Below, in pieces: positions 11,788 to 21,580 of a stretch of DNA of 64,000 bases; the first letter of the stretch is position 1, and every line of letters starts with the position of its first letter. The translations under genes and the position numbers were made by a program. The notes below the pieces were generated by a model. The model was not told the origin of the DNA, searched no databases, and saw only the letters and a program-made list of their open reading frames with translations. Where the stretch lies: IMG/VR virus record IMGVR_UViG_2029527006_000005, one strand, 5' to 3'. The stretch comes from a virus. Lineage: Duplodnaviria > Heunggongvirae > Uroviricota > Caudoviricetes.

Positions 11788-11819
11788 TTGACTTCCTTGT
11801 GTTAATTATTTTAGTTTGA

Positions 11820-11827
11820 TATTTATA
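11820..11827 (-). promoter_or_regulatory. T4-type late promoter TATAAATA
   Basis: Exact gp55 consensus upstream of nrdA. Confidence 0.55.
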
Positions 11828-11836
11828 GGGGAAATA

Positions 11837-11855
11837 AAAGGCGGGATTCGCCTTT
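11837..11855 (-). terminator. Intrinsic terminator
   Basis: AAAGGCG/CGCCTTT stem, U-rich tail on the - strand. Confidence 0.65.
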
Positions 11856-12426
11856 ATTGCTTATCCCACCCTCTTATAATAAATTCAAGTGTTATTGCAG
11901 AACTACTACGGTTAGTTATTGAAATAGATAACCGTTTAGTGCCTGTGTCATATGATGGTTGTCCAAAATCAATCGCAACGATACCATCAGTTTTATTAGT
12001 ATTATTCTGTTGAGAAATTAACACGTTTGTATTATCGACTGCAACAAGTTGTACTGCTCCAGTTTCTAGTAAACCAGTTGTGTTATAACCTACGTACTCT
12101 AAGAATACACGCGATGTTGTACGTAGAGTAGTTACAGTTGTTTGGTTTGCTGGAAGTTGTAGTAAGTTTGGTTTGTTGACAATATCGTTAATGATTTCCC
12201 ACGGTGTGAACTCAGTGATAATTTCGACGTTTTCTTTTCCGCTATTAGGTGCGTTGCTCCAGTTGCGACCAGCTACTAATGATGCTGGTTCTGAAGCACT
12301 TGGTAATCCAATGAATAGACGACCTACGTCAGTACTGAATCCGATCTGGCCTTTCTCAAGAGCATCGGGTAAATCACGTTGTTTACCCGAACGAACTTGT
12401 TGTAAGGCAATTTGTTTTTGTGCCAT
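11854..12426 (-). CDS. Probable virion protein with an N-terminal motif of tail-fibre/Mtd type
   Basis: QQVRSGKQRDLPDALEKGQIGFSTDVGRLFIG resembles the R.G....LP.L..GE.G..TD..RLFIG motif of fibre N-termini. Confidence 0.5.
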   Translation of the reverse strand: MAQKQIALQQVRSGKQRDLPDALEKGQIGFSTDVGRLFIGLPSASEPASLVAGRNWSNAPNSGKENVEIITEFTPWEIINDIVNKPNLLQLPANQTTVTTLRTTSRVFLEYVGYNTTGLLETGAVQLVAVDNTNVLISQQNNTNKTDGIVAIDFGQPSYDTGTKRLSISITNRSSSAITLEFIIRGWDKQ

Positions 12427-12454
12427 ACCTAAATTCTCCTATTATAGTATAGGA

Positions 12455-13012
12455 TTATTTAGTTTTTTTAGCTTCTGCTTTAACTTCAGCAATACGCTGT
12501 TCGATTAGCTCAGTTAATAGAGTACTATCAACTTCATCTAGAATCGCTTTAGGAACTTCGTTTTGTAGAAGTTTAATGTACGGCTGGAAAGATTTGTATT
12601 CTTTAGACTTGAGTACTTGAACAACAGTTTCAGCATCTTCAGGTGCAGTTTCAATACGAACGATTTCAACTTCATCTTCTGCGATTTCTTCTACAATTGC
12701 TTCTTCTTCAATCTGTTCTTGAATTTCGATGAATTCAGGGGTTTGAGTACTGTAAGTTTCTACCACTTGTGGTACGTCAACTTCAACAGAACTGGTAACA
12801 TCTTGGGTCATTAGATCTGCAATATCTTCTGCGATCTGGTCTGCGGTTTTTCCACCACGTGCTTTGACAGTTTTAACACCTTCGATTAGGCGTTGGGAGA
12901 GTGGAAGTGCTTCTAGTTCTTCTTCAGAAAGTAGAATTAAATCTTCCATTTTGTAGCCTTTAGCTTGAATTGCTTTGATTGTAAATAGGTCTTCTTTCAT
13001 TGCTCTGCTCAT
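12455..13012 (-). CDS. Acidic hypothetical protein
   Basis: 185-aa ORF, operon packing. Confidence 0.65.
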   Translation of the reverse strand: MSRAMKEDLFTIKAIQAKGYKMEDLILLSEEELEALPLSQRLIEGVKTVKARGGKTADQIAEDIADLMTQDVTSSVEVDVPQVVETYSTQTPEFIEIQEQIEEEAIVEEIAEDEVEIVRIETAPEDAETVVQVLKSKEYKSFQPYIKLLQNEVPKAILDEVDSTLLTELIEQRIAEVKAEAKKTK

Positions 13013-13716
13013 TGTTGTATATCGCCTCTCATAATATAGTATTGTTCTACTCGTGCAATCCAGCCTTGTTTGGCATCTTCAAAGTCCTGTCCTTCAATTA
13101 CGAATTCTTGGTACTGAAGATTATTTGGATCTTCACGGACACAAATGAAAATTACTCCACGGTTAATATCAGTTCCGAACATTTGATTATGTGCTAATGC
13201 ATATGCTGCGGTCTGTAAACGGTAGTTTTCAATCTTGTCCCATTTCTTCGGTTTACGAGAGTTCTTGTAATCCATTATTGTAGGTATTCCATCGTGCATA
13301 CCAACTAAGTCAGTAGTGCCAGCCCATAGTCCTTCATAAAATAAGGGAACTTCTTGACCCCATACTTCATTAATTCTAGGCCATGCTTCACGTTGAACTA
13401 CATCAGCCATCTTACGTGCGAGTACTCGAATAGGCATTCCACCTAAATGATCCTCTTCACCGACTAATCTACGTTCTAAGTTTTCGTGCATGAATGTACC
13501 AATGGTACATGCTTCCAATGTTATTTCGTTTGCTTTCTGTTCACCGACGAATGCTCGCCACTGTTTAAGCCCTTCATTATCATCAGTAGCACTAAGAATA
13601 GTTGTCACTGACGGTAAGTTCCCGGTTGGGGTAGAATAAAGGCGACCTTCAGGGCCGCCCTCTATACGATCATAACCGAGATAAGTGTACCTGTTCGTCA
13701 TAGGTGGGGTGTACAT
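13009..13716 (-). CDS. PD-(D/E)XK exonuclease (MGME1/lambda-exo-like)
   Basis: LPSVTTIL, GTFMHENLE, EVPLFY, AGTTDLVG, IMDYKNS, QTAAYA. Confidence 0.85.
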   Translation of the reverse strand: MYTPPMTNRYTYLGYDRIEGGPEGRLYSTPTGNLPSVTTILSATDDNEGLKQWRAFVGEQKANEITLEACTIGTFMHENLERRLVGEEDHLGGMPIRVLARKMADVVQREAWPRINEVWGQEVPLFYEGLWAGTTDLVGMHDGIPTIMDYKNSRKPKKWDKIENYRLQTAAYALAHNQMFGTDINRGVIFICVREDPNNLQYQEFVIEGQDFEDAKQGWIARVEQYYIMRGDIQQ

Positions 13717-13729
13717 CCATTGTACTCCT

Positions 13730-13758
13730 ATTATATCACATTAAGTATGTTTTGTCTC
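13730..13758 (-). promoter_or_regulatory. Phage early/middle promoter, variant GAGACA-N17-TATAAT
   Basis: Motif copy with one mismatch. Confidence 0.7.
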
Positions 13759-13760
13759 AA

Positions 13761-14090
13761 TTATTTTTGGTTCAAATTGCTGCTTGCAGCTTTTGTTGCC
13801 ATGTCGCTTACAATGTCTTCTGAACTCTCAACTTCCTCACTGCTGCTTTCATCAGCACCAGCGAATTGCACCATGTCAGAATTTGCATCCTGAACGAATG
13901 GAAGCGAGTTTAAAATATCCATCATTACATTATAAGGTACGTCGATGTTAGTACGCTTTTTAATTTCTGCAATTAAAGATTGTACACTAACGTTTTCACG
14001 TCCACTAGCTACAAGTGACAACGCAACACTTGTTATCATGTTGCGTATATCTTTTGCTGGTGCATCTTCAGTTAAATCACTGAATTTCAT
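13761..14090 (-). CDS. Hypothetical, possible prohead-processed protein
   Basis: N-terminus MKFSDLTE matches an L-x-E site. Confidence 0.65.
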   Translation of the reverse strand: MKFSDLTEDAPAKDIRNMITSVALSLVASGRENVSVQSLIAEIKKRTNIDVPYNVMMDILNSLPFVQDANSDMVQFAGADESSSEEVESSEDIVSDMATKAASSNLNQK

Positions 14091-14100
14091 TTAGCACCTC

Positions 14101-14736
14101 TTATTTTGTATATCCGATTACACGTTTAACTTTCTTCTTGTTCTCAGTTAGCCATGCTTTAGCTGCGGTCTTAGATTCAAAGAATTTAGTACCGATAGTG
14201 CCTTTATGACTTTCTAGTTTGAGACCAATGCGAGGTTTAACGCTCTCACGCATTTCGCGTTCTGCTGGTACTGGTTCTACTAGGTCATCACTGAAATCAG
14301 CTTCACCTTCGAAATCAAAATCAGGGGTATCGATATCTAAAGATACATCTTCAGTACCACCAAAATCATCACCAATACTAGATACGTCTGGAGAGTTGGT
14401 AATATCACCAGTTAGTTTTAGGGTTTCAGTACTGATCTTGTCTTTAACATCCATAAGAGTTTTGACAGCAGTATCTAATAGACCACTAATGTTGTTACGG
14501 AATGCATCAGCATGTTCTAGCCCATGTTCTGCCTTGATACGATCAAGTAGAGGGCCAAGTACGTCAACACCCATGTTGTTAATTACTTCAGCTTGACGCT
14601 GTAATTTATCTACGATTTCACCTTTAACTGCTAGTACAATTTCTGCTTTTTCAATGTTAGATTCAGTTAGTTTAACAAGTGAAAGAGCTTGAGCTTTAGT
14701 TTCAGCTTCCATCATTTTTTTGAATTGTTTAGACAT
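14101..14736 (-). CDS. Hypothetical, possible prohead core protein
   Basis: Coiled coil plus acidic linker and several x-x-E-S sites. Confidence 0.65.
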   Translation of the reverse strand: MSKQFKKMMEAETKAQALSLVKLTESNIEKAEIVLAVKGEIVDKLQRQAEVINNMGVDVLGPLLDRIKAEHGLEHADAFRNNISGLLDTAVKTLMDVKDKISTETLKLTGDITNSPDVSSIGDDFGGTEDVSLDIDTPDFDFEGEADFSDDLVEPVPAEREMRESVKPRIGLKLESHKGTIGTKFFESKTAAKAWLTENKKKVKRVIGYTK

Positions 14737-14765
14737 TCCTATTTCCTTATAAGATTAATTCTAAT

Positions 14766-15518
14766 TTATTTACTAATGTAACCTTCTTTCTGTAAAAAGT
14801 TGAGTACTCGTTCTTTCAACTTGTACGCTTCTGCTTTCTTTTCGGCAATAATGATATCTAAATCTTTTGCCTCATCATAGCGAGATTCTTTTAGTACTTT
14901 ATTACGCTCTTTGGCAGCGGCAATACCTTCGTTAACAACTGAAGTATATTGCAAACCTGAACTAATAATACCTAAGATTTTTGTATCCGTTACAGTTCGA
15001 CCTTCGTTCAATAGATTGGTAAGAGTTAATGCCGCTTCGTACATCATAATACCATCCATCAATTTAGTACCACTGTAATTCGAAACTACACTGTACATTT
15101 TAGTACTTTTCGTTCCGGGAACAACACCTTCAGAAAGTGACCATTCCGTTTTAGGTTTAGATTGAGGTTGAATAGCAGGTTTAGTACTGTAAGTACTTTG
15201 AACTGGCTGGTGGCTATAATTATGTCCATAATCAATAACCCCATCCGGGTTTTGTTCATAAATTCGGTTTAATCTTTCTTGTGACTCGAAATCATCATAG
15301 TTTTCATAGACAGGCTGTGATTTGATATTATCTTGTACAGCGTTCTCTGGTGTCAATAGATTTCCATAGGCTAGACCTATTTCATTTAGACCACTAAGAA
15401 GGTCACGAGTTGCGTTGAACGTTTCTTGCGATGCAGATGGTTTGTTAGTTCCTGATTCGATTTCATCAAGGGAACCAAGCATATCCATAATATTGCTTAC
15501 TTCATTTCTATCAGTCAT
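14766..15518 (-). CDS. Hypothetical, possible prohead core protein
   Basis: Start moved to ATG 15518 (overlaps upstream stop). Confidence 0.65.
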   Translation of the reverse strand: MTDRNEVSNIMDMLGSLDEIESGTNKPSASQETFNATRDLLSGLNEIGLAYGNLLTPENAVQDNIKSQPVYENYDDFESQERLNRIYEQNPDGVIDYGHNYSHQPVQSTYSTKPAIQPQSKPKTEWSLSEGVVPGTKSTKMYSVVSNYSGTKLMDGIMMYEAALTLTNLLNEGRTVTDTKILGIISSGLQYTSVVNEGIAAAKERNKVLKESRYDEAKDLDIIIAEKKAEAYKLKERVLNFLQKEGYISK

Positions 15519-15732
15519 CTTTCTTATCCTTAATCGGTGCATAGTATTCGTTATCGTTAATTTCTAATCTATTTAGAACACCACGAGATACTAATCGGTC
15601 AGCAATTTCTTGATAATACTCTGGGACTAAATCACGCTTGACTCGCCCCATCGACCTAATTTTCTGAAGAACTCGATGTTCCTCATTTGAAACCATTACT
15701 GAAACGCCATGTTCACTTCTGGCTAATCTCAT
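15511..15732 (-). CDS. Small hypothetical protein (winged-helix-like end)
   Basis: Start moved to 15732 (TAATG overlap); RLVSRGVL motif. Confidence 0.55.
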   Translation of the reverse strand: MRLARSEHGVSVMVSNEEHRVLQKIRSMGRVKRDLVPEYYQEIADRLVSRGVLNRLEINDNEYYAPIKDKKDD

Positions 15733-16667
15733 TAACGGCCCCTTATTCTCGCACAAAAATCAATAATTTGATCAATCATGTCATCACCAGCAACAGTAGC
15801 ATCATTACCTAGTGGGCTTTGCTCACCATCAAGATTCTCTACATTAGAGGATACTGCATCATCAACGGCTTGGATAATAGAACCCATTCCCGGTGCAGTG
15901 TGCGTAAAGGTTGTTGGACCACCACCTACGTTATCATGTCCTGCTGGTGGACCCATTACTTCATCGTTTGCTTCCTGTGGAGAAAGTTCTTCGCTGATAG
16001 TATTGGCTTGCTGATTCTGTACTGTCTCAACATCATCTAAACCATAAACACTTAGTTCATTTGGTTTATTTTGGTCTTTAGTAACTACTAAAGTTTGTTG
16101 AGGGGTTGGACCGGGATCTACACCAACAACAGGCTCAATTTGTTGAGTACCTTGTTGGTTTCCGGGTACAGAAACCTTGAATGCAGCATTGTTCGCATTA
16201 CGTTGTAAATCAGCTTGCTTAACCTTCGCTTGTGTTTGAGGGTTAACTTGTTGCTGTGCAGTTGTAGTATTACGACCTACAATCTGATTAGCACGTAGAT
16301 TCGTTGCCAAATCTTCATAAACTAAAGTACGTAATTCTTGTAGAGTAAGGTGCTCTACATCGTGAATCATACCATCAATAGTATGATAGTGTTCAATCAA
16401 TTCGTCTGGTGTCATGTCATTAACAAGATTGATACTATCATCTTCTGTTAATAGCATACCAGCGAAGTATTCATAACTCTCGAAAGTACGAGACTTATAT
16501 TTTTGTAAAATTTTTAATATAGAACGATTATCAGAGTTGTCCATAGCTTGGTTCAAGGAAACATAGTCTCCAGCATCCATAGTTTCTAGTACACTCGATA
16601 CGTCCATTTGCAAGCCATTCGCATCAGCGAACTTTTGCAATTCCGTTGCAGCTTGTTGAATGTCCAT
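15732..16667 (-). CDS. Gln/Asn-rich hypothetical, possible head-internal protein
   Basis: 311-aa ORF with low-complexity linkers and L-x-E sites. Confidence 0.65.
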   Translation of the reverse strand: MDIQQAATELQKFADANGLQMDVSSVLETMDAGDYVSLNQAMDNSDNRSILKILQKYKSRTFESYEYFAGMLLTEDDSINLVNDMTPDELIEHYHTIDGMIHDVEHLTLQELRTLVYEDLATNLRANQIVGRNTTTAQQQVNPQTQAKVKQADLQRNANNAAFKVSVPGNQQGTQQIEPVVGVDPGPTPQQTLVVTKDQNKPNELSVYGLDDVETVQNQQANTISEELSPQEANDEVMGPPAGHDNVGGGPTTFTHTAPGMGSIIQAVDDAVSSNVENLDGEQSPLGNDATVAGDDMIDQIIDFCARIRGR

Positions 16668-16693
16668 TGTATCTCCAAAAGTAAACCTATACG

Positions 16694-17095
16694 TTATTTA
16701 CCCATACCGAAGGTTTGCTTAGTTATGCTTGTGTTGCGAGTACTATACGCTAAGTTGAAACGTGTAATTCTCGTCTTGTTAACTACAGTTGGAAGTACTA
16801 ATGGTATTCCTGTCAATTGTATATGTACATCGACTGGTAATGCAAATTTTAAAGTACTAACAATGCATTTTCCCCATGATGGAGGTAGGTTATAGAAATC
16901 AGAGTTATTCCCTTTAGACAAATCAACTTCGTTCTTTACGATACTAACCATCATAGGATAATCATAATCCATTACGGATTGAATTATTCTAGTTAAGTTC
17001 ATAGCACCTGTGAACTTTCCATCAATTATTGCGGGAGTACTACCATCACCAATATCTACAATCGTGTTTATCGTGTAGAATGTGTATGGTTTCAT
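16694..17095 (-). CDS. Hypothetical protein
   Basis: ORF with AGGA SD. Confidence 0.6.
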   Translation of the reverse strand: MKPYTFYTINTIVDIGDGSTPAIIDGKFTGAMNLTRIIQSVMDYDYPMMVSIVKNEVDLSKGNNSDFYNLPPSWGKCIVSTLKFALPVDVHIQLTGIPLVLPTVVNKTRITRFNLAYSTRNTSITKQTFGMGK

Positions 17096-17256
17096 TTCTT
17101 TTCCTTTTTATCCATCTTAACTTCAGTATACCCACCAAATAAATTAGTAGCTGGTAAACGTTTCATTAGAGGGAAATGTAATCCAGAACTAACAGATGCA
17201 ATAGCACCTGCACTTGTAGCACCAGAAGAAGCATTTTCTTTGAGTTTCTTACTCAT
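17092..17256 (-). CDS. 54-aa protein with a capsid N-arm-like motif, missing from the ORF track
   Basis: MSKKLKENASSGATSAGAIASVSSGLHFPLMKRLPATNLFGGYTEVKMDKKEKK; overlaps both neighbours (ATGA at the 3' end); 11/14 identity to MCP E43-A56. Confidence 0.75.
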   Translation of the reverse strand: MSKKLKENASSGATSAGAIASVSSGLHFPLMKRLPATNLFGGYTEVKMDKKEKK

Positions 17257-17530
17257 CTAAACGACCTCCCTTATATTGTCTTTTTTCATCAAGAGCTATG
17301 TTATCTAATCCCCGTTGAAACTTTTTATAGTCACGGTTCTTAATACTTAGAAACAAACGCTTCTTAAGATCTTCTGCATCTTCCTGAGCAAATTCAGTAT
17401 CAATATACTCCAAAAGATTAATTACAGAATTTATGGCATGGTCTGCCTTAGTACTGAAATTCTGTAATTGACTCTTTTCTGGAGTGAAGTTAAAGATACT
17501 GTCAAGAAGAGTTTTCTTTTCACTCGACAT
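17249..17530 (-). CDS. Hypothetical helical protein
   Basis: 93-aa ORF directly after the helicase. Confidence 0.65.
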   Translation of the reverse strand: MSSEKKTLLDSIFNFTPEKSQLQNFSTKADHAINSVINLLEYIDTEFAQEDAEDLKKRLFLSIKNRDYKKFQRGLDNIALDEKRQYKGGRLDE

Positions 17531-17533
17531 GTA

Positions 17534-19069
17534 TTATTTCCTATTCAATAAACTCCTGATGGCTAGCATACTTTCGTTGTTCTTGCTAGCGTCATTTGTA
17601 GTATTTATACTAGTTGAATTAGAATTATCTTGAATGCCGGGAGATTGGGACACAGGGGCATCGGGAGAGGTCGTAGAAACGCTCTGGGTCGCTTGGAAGT
17701 GAGAATGTAGCATCTGCATAGGAGTTTGCACTTGTGCTGCTCCGGGTGCTCCTACAACGTTTCCACCGCCAATATTAGCAGGGTTCGTGTGCTTGAATCC
17801 GTAAGGTTCAATTTCCATTTGTTGTACGGTGATTGCATGATCTAGTACTCGAAGACTGTCAGTATTATAGGACATACGAAGTCTTGAGCCAACTGCACCA
17901 CTGTTACGGGTTTTCTGGAAGTCAAACCACATTTCACCAGTTTCGCGACGGGCTTCAATGTAGATTACGTTATCTGCGGTATAGATTTTAGAAATACCAC
18001 CAGCAATTTGACTCTGGGATTTCTTGTCTTCACTAATACCACTACGGTTGAACTGACAAGCTGTAATAACAGTAATGTCCATCTTCATTGCTAATGCACG
18101 TAGTTCTTCGGATACGAACTTATCTTTTACGAATGCGTTAGATTTGTCATTTGGTCCACAACGATCTGAAGTTAATAGATCAAGGTAGTCCACACAAACA
18201 TAATCTAGCTTTTCACCAGTTTTAATTTGTAGTTCTCGTAAGTAACTTTCAATATCATTAACTGTTGATACTGATTCTGGTAGCCGTTTAATGCGTAATG
18301 AGCCGCTTGTTTTCTCTTCTAGTTTAATCTGAATACCAGCATTCTCAGGAGAGGCTTTAATCTCTTGGTTCTTTTTATTAACCATCATGGAATAGATACG
18401 TACTGCTACCAATTCCTCTGCTAGTTCAAGAGAAATGTATGCACCAACTTTTCCTTGTTTAGAGAAGTTAACGGCTAAGTTCTGTAGTACTACAGATTTA
18501 CCACCACCGGATGCTGCTGCAAAGATTTCTAGTTCTTGACGACCGAAACCACCTTGTAATTTAAAGTCCAATGTTTCCCAACCAGTTTTAAAGGAACCCT
18601 GATTTGAATTCAATGATCTAATTACATCTTCTGGGTTTTCATAAACATCAAGACCTAATTCATTTTGTACGGTTACTAACATTGCTTCACGAATAAGTTC
18701 TTCAATGCCGCCGTATTTCTTTTGGTTTACTAATTCCATACCTTGTTGAATAGCGATAGCTAGTGCTTTATGTCGGCAAAACTGACCAACATCATCCAGT
18801 ACTGCTTGTTCGCCCAATGAGTCTACTGGTGTTTGTCGATAACGATATCCACCTTTAAACTCAATGTCATCAAGTGTAGGAGTAGTATTATACTTCTGGG
18901 AGTGCTCGTGCACAAAACTAATACTGTTATGGAATTCCTTATCAAAGTAATCCGGTTTGAGGATACCTTTACAACGTACAAAAATGTCTGGATTGCTTAG
19001 AACCTGCGATAGTAGATATTCTTGATAATTAATTCCGTATTGTTTAACGTCCGTGTTTACTAGTGCCAT
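17534..19069 (-). CDS. gp41: Replicative DnaB-like helicase (T4 gp41-like)
   Basis: TGWETLD..LQGG, AASGGGKS, ISLEL, VCVDYLDLL, TACQFNRSG, KTRN. Confidence 0.92.
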   Translation of the reverse strand: MALVNTDVKQYGINYQEYLLSQVLSNPDIFVRCKGILKPDYFDKEFHNSISFVHEHSQKYNTTPTLDDIEFKGGYRYRQTPVDSLGEQAVLDDVGQFCRHKALAIAIQQGMELVNQKKYGGIEELIREAMLVTVQNELGLDVYENPEDVIRSLNSNQGSFKTGWETLDFKLQGGFGRQELEIFAAASGGGKSVVLQNLAVNFSKQGKVGAYISLELAEELVAVRIYSMMVNKKNQEIKASPENAGIQIKLEEKTSGSLRIKRLPESVSTVNDIESYLRELQIKTGEKLDYVCVDYLDLLTSDRCGPNDKSNAFVKDKFVSEELRALAMKMDITVITACQFNRSGISEDKKSQSQIAGGISKIYTADNVIYIEARRETGEMWFDFQKTRNSGAVGSRLRMSYNTDSLRVLDHAITVQQMEIEPYGFKHTNPANIGGGNVVGAPGAAQVQTPMQMLHSHFQATQSVSTTSPDAPVSQSPGIQDNSNSTSINTTNDASKNNESMLAIRSLLNRK

Positions 19070-19080
19070 TTATTCTTTCC

Positions 19081-20139
19081 TCAAATCCATTTGCTCTTTT
19101 GTACCTCAATCATAAAGGGATCATCAACGATACTTGCATGAATCAATTGCACACAGAATAATCTTCCGTACTTTGCACATGCTTCATCCAAATCTTTGAT
19201 ATGACGGATTCCCCTTCCATCAGGTTGTCTGACTGTACCAAAATCCGGGAACGATACAGCAAATCCATGTTCCTTCGCTTGGTCAATCGCTTTCAAACCG
19301 TCTTTATCACGGTCTGGTACTATTACTATCTTTTTCCCTTGCTGTTGGGCTGCTTTCAACATTTCTATTTGTGCAGATGTTAGGTAATAGTTGTTTGCGG
19401 ATACACCACCCATTAACGCTGCGTCAATCGGTCCTTCTCCTACCAATATAACTTTGATTCTATCATCATTGAGTAAATCGAAGTTATAAAGAAGGCTAGT
19501 GCTTACTTGATTTACATAGCGATATTCACTATCTACATCTTTGTGCCTAGCCGTATATCCAATCACTTCACCGTTCATATAATAAGGAATTATAAACCTA
19601 TCATACATACGATGCTCTTTAGACGGACTCCAGTACAAATCTAAATCCAATAGGTATGGATTACGCAAGTTAATCTCTTCTAGTACACTAATGAACTTCG
19701 GATGTAACTTTTCAATGTTTGGAGTACTCGCCCATTCAGAGAAACTTTTGGTATTCTCTGGGAAATCTCTTTTTGTTATTCTTTGGAATAACTTATTCGA
19801 AGCAGACTCTTCTACCTCGTAATCTCCACTCTTGACCATCTCTTCTACGAAGAGTTCAAGGAATGCGATATCTTTATCTGACGCTCCATATGAAATGAGC
19901 AACGTCTTCATGTCGCTGCTCATATATCTTCCGGGCGTCCAGTTTACTTTAATGCCACAGTTGAAACAGTTATACCCTATTCCACCGTCATTATTAAAGA
20001 CGTGGTTACCACGTCCACGTGTATCTGGTCTGGGTTGACCTTTGAATACACAAGCAGGACAGTTATGATGCTTCCATGCTCCCATTGCTGGGACAGGATC
20101 TTGCATCAAGTTCGCTGCGATAATTTGAACCTGATTCAT
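19081..20139 (-). CDS. gp61: DNA primase (T4 gp61-like)
   Basis: Zn finger CPAC...CFNC, FIIPY, GYTAR, TOPRIM EGPIDA, PDRDKDG, KDLDE. Confidence 0.88.
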   Translation of the reverse strand: MNQVQIIAANLMQDPVPAMGAWKHHNCPACVFKGQPRPDTRGRGNHVFNNDGGIGYNCFNCGIKVNWTPGRYMSSDMKTLLISYGASDKDIAFLELFVEEMVKSGDYEVEESASNKLFQRITKRDFPENTKSFSEWASTPNIEKLHPKFISVLEEINLRNPYLLDLDLYWSPSKEHRMYDRFIIPYYMNGEVIGYTARHKDVDSEYRYVNQVSTSLLYNFDLLNDDRIKVILVGEGPIDAALMGGVSANNYYLTSAQIEMLKAAQQQGKKIVIVPDRDKDGLKAIDQAKEHGFAVSFPDFGTVRQPDGRGIRHIKDLDEACAKYGRLFCVQLIHASIVDDPFMIEVQKSKWI

Positions 20140-20163
20140 ATTTTCATCCTCATGTATAGGTTG

Positions 20164-20192
20164 ATTATATCACATTTTCTCAGGTTCATCCC
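20164..20192 (-). promoter_or_regulatory. Phage early/middle promoter, variant GGGATG-N17-TATAAT
   Basis: TGTGATATAAT plus variant -35 upstream of the primase. Confidence 0.65.
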
Positions 20193-20196
20193 AACT

Positions 20197-21168
20197 TTAT
20201 CGTCTAATTAAGATCTTCGGTACAGTCCTCAATGGTTCGTAACGCTTCACAACCTCACTCGGTTCATAATGCATTACAATCGGTGGAATACAACAAACTG
20301 CTCGTACCCACATGTAATTACCCTTGAAGTTAAATGCTTGTATTCCATCAATGGAACGTGGATGACCATGCTCATCCCAACCACTTTCAATGTACTCTTT
20401 CCCATCCAATTTGATAATGAACCATTTGTATTCTTCATTGTCAATCGGTGAGTTATTAGCTAAACAACCTTGTAGTTGAATTCTCCCGACAAAGTTTTTG
20501 AAATAGAATGCGATAGTACTCAAGCCCTCGACTAAACCGTACTGACAACCAGCACGAATCGATGATGTGTGCATTACGTCGAAATCACCTTTTACGCCAT
20601 TAGCGATAGGTTGTGTTTCTTTGTGTGCTACTGGTATCCAGCTTGCGTTCTTGTCAGCACTAATTTCTTGTGATGCGACAAACACTGGTGCTGCCTGATC
20701 ACTAATAATTAGTTCCGCACTTGCTTCAAAACCTAAACCAGTATACAAGAACTCGGTTGGCTCCACAAGGTCACCATTAAGACGAACTTTGTGAATACTC
20801 CAACGGTACTTAGAACCGAAACTTAAATCTTGAATAACACCAGCAGGTACTACACAACCGTAATACACTTTTTTCTTGTTACTTAATGTGGGTCTTGCTT
20901 GACCCGCTTCTGATACCCATGAAGGAACAATCTTCTCTAACAGTACGTCAAAGATTTTTGTGTTGTTCCGAGCATCAAATATTGCAAAAATTAGATACTC
21001 ATCGTCACGTAGTAAGGTATACTTACCATCAGCGTTGTGTACTGAAAATGATAATGAGTTGTTCGCACCACGATAAATTACAACCTTTTCTTGATTGAAA
21101 GGAAGATTGAAGTTGCCCAATGCTACTTCATTATTAGTTGGGTACGTATAAACGCCGTAATGTGCCAT
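20197..21168 (-). CDS. Hypothetical beta-rich protein, probably late/structural
   Basis: 323-aa ORF; CATAAATA late-like box upstream. Confidence 0.65.
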   Translation of the reverse strand: MAHYGVYTYPTNNEVALGNFNLPFNQEKVVIYRGANNSLSFSVHNADGKYTLLRDDEYLIFAIFDARNNTKIFDVLLEKIVPSWVSEAGQARPTLSNKKKVYYGCVVPAGVIQDLSFGSKYRWSIHKVRLNGDLVEPTEFLYTGLGFEASAELIISDQAAPVFVASQEISADKNASWIPVAHKETQPIANGVKGDFDVMHTSSIRAGCQYGLVEGLSTIAFYFKNFVGRIQLQGCLANNSPIDNEEYKWFIIKLDGKEYIESGWDEHGHPRSIDGIQAFNFKGNYMWVRAVCCIPPIVMHYEPSEVVKRYEPLRTVPKILIRR

Positions 21169-21178
21169 TAGTTACCTC

Positions 21179-21186
21179 TATAAATA
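21179..21186 (+). promoter_or_regulatory. T4-type late promoter TATAAATA
   Basis: Exact consensus about 30 nt upstream of the + gene. Confidence 0.65.
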
Positions 21187-21214
21187 CTATGTACTTTTAA
21201 ACTATATAATATTT

Positions 21215-21580
21215 ATGGGAGTCCTATTAATGTGCAAAACATACCCACCGTATGTAACAGTACTGGAACACAACGGTAATATCTATTATGGGATTATAAA
21301 GATTAGAAGTAAGCAATATACAACTTTATACTGCTTTCATATGATGGAAGAATCCCAACAAAAGGATCTATTAGATCTGGCTGATACATGGTGGTGGCAA
21401 AGTAATCGTTCAATCCCCATCTGCCTCTTTATGCAAGAAGAGATGGAATGTTACGAAAAATTTACTCAACGGTTTAATACCGACACTGTTACCTTTATAT
21501 CAGGCCCGGCAATATCACTAAGTGACTTGCCAACCAAACGAATCAAACGCCGAAACATTACCCTCAAGAAGAAGAAGTAA
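21215..21580 (+). CDS. Hypothetical protein with a basic C-terminus
   Basis: Late promoter upstream; possible start at 21230. Confidence 0.65.
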   Translation: MGVLLMCKTYPPYVTVLEHNGNIYYGIIKIRSKQYTTLYCFHMMEESQQKDLLDLADTWWWQSNRSIPICLFMQEEMECYEKFTQRFNTDTVTFISGPAISLSDLPTKRIKRRNITLKKKK

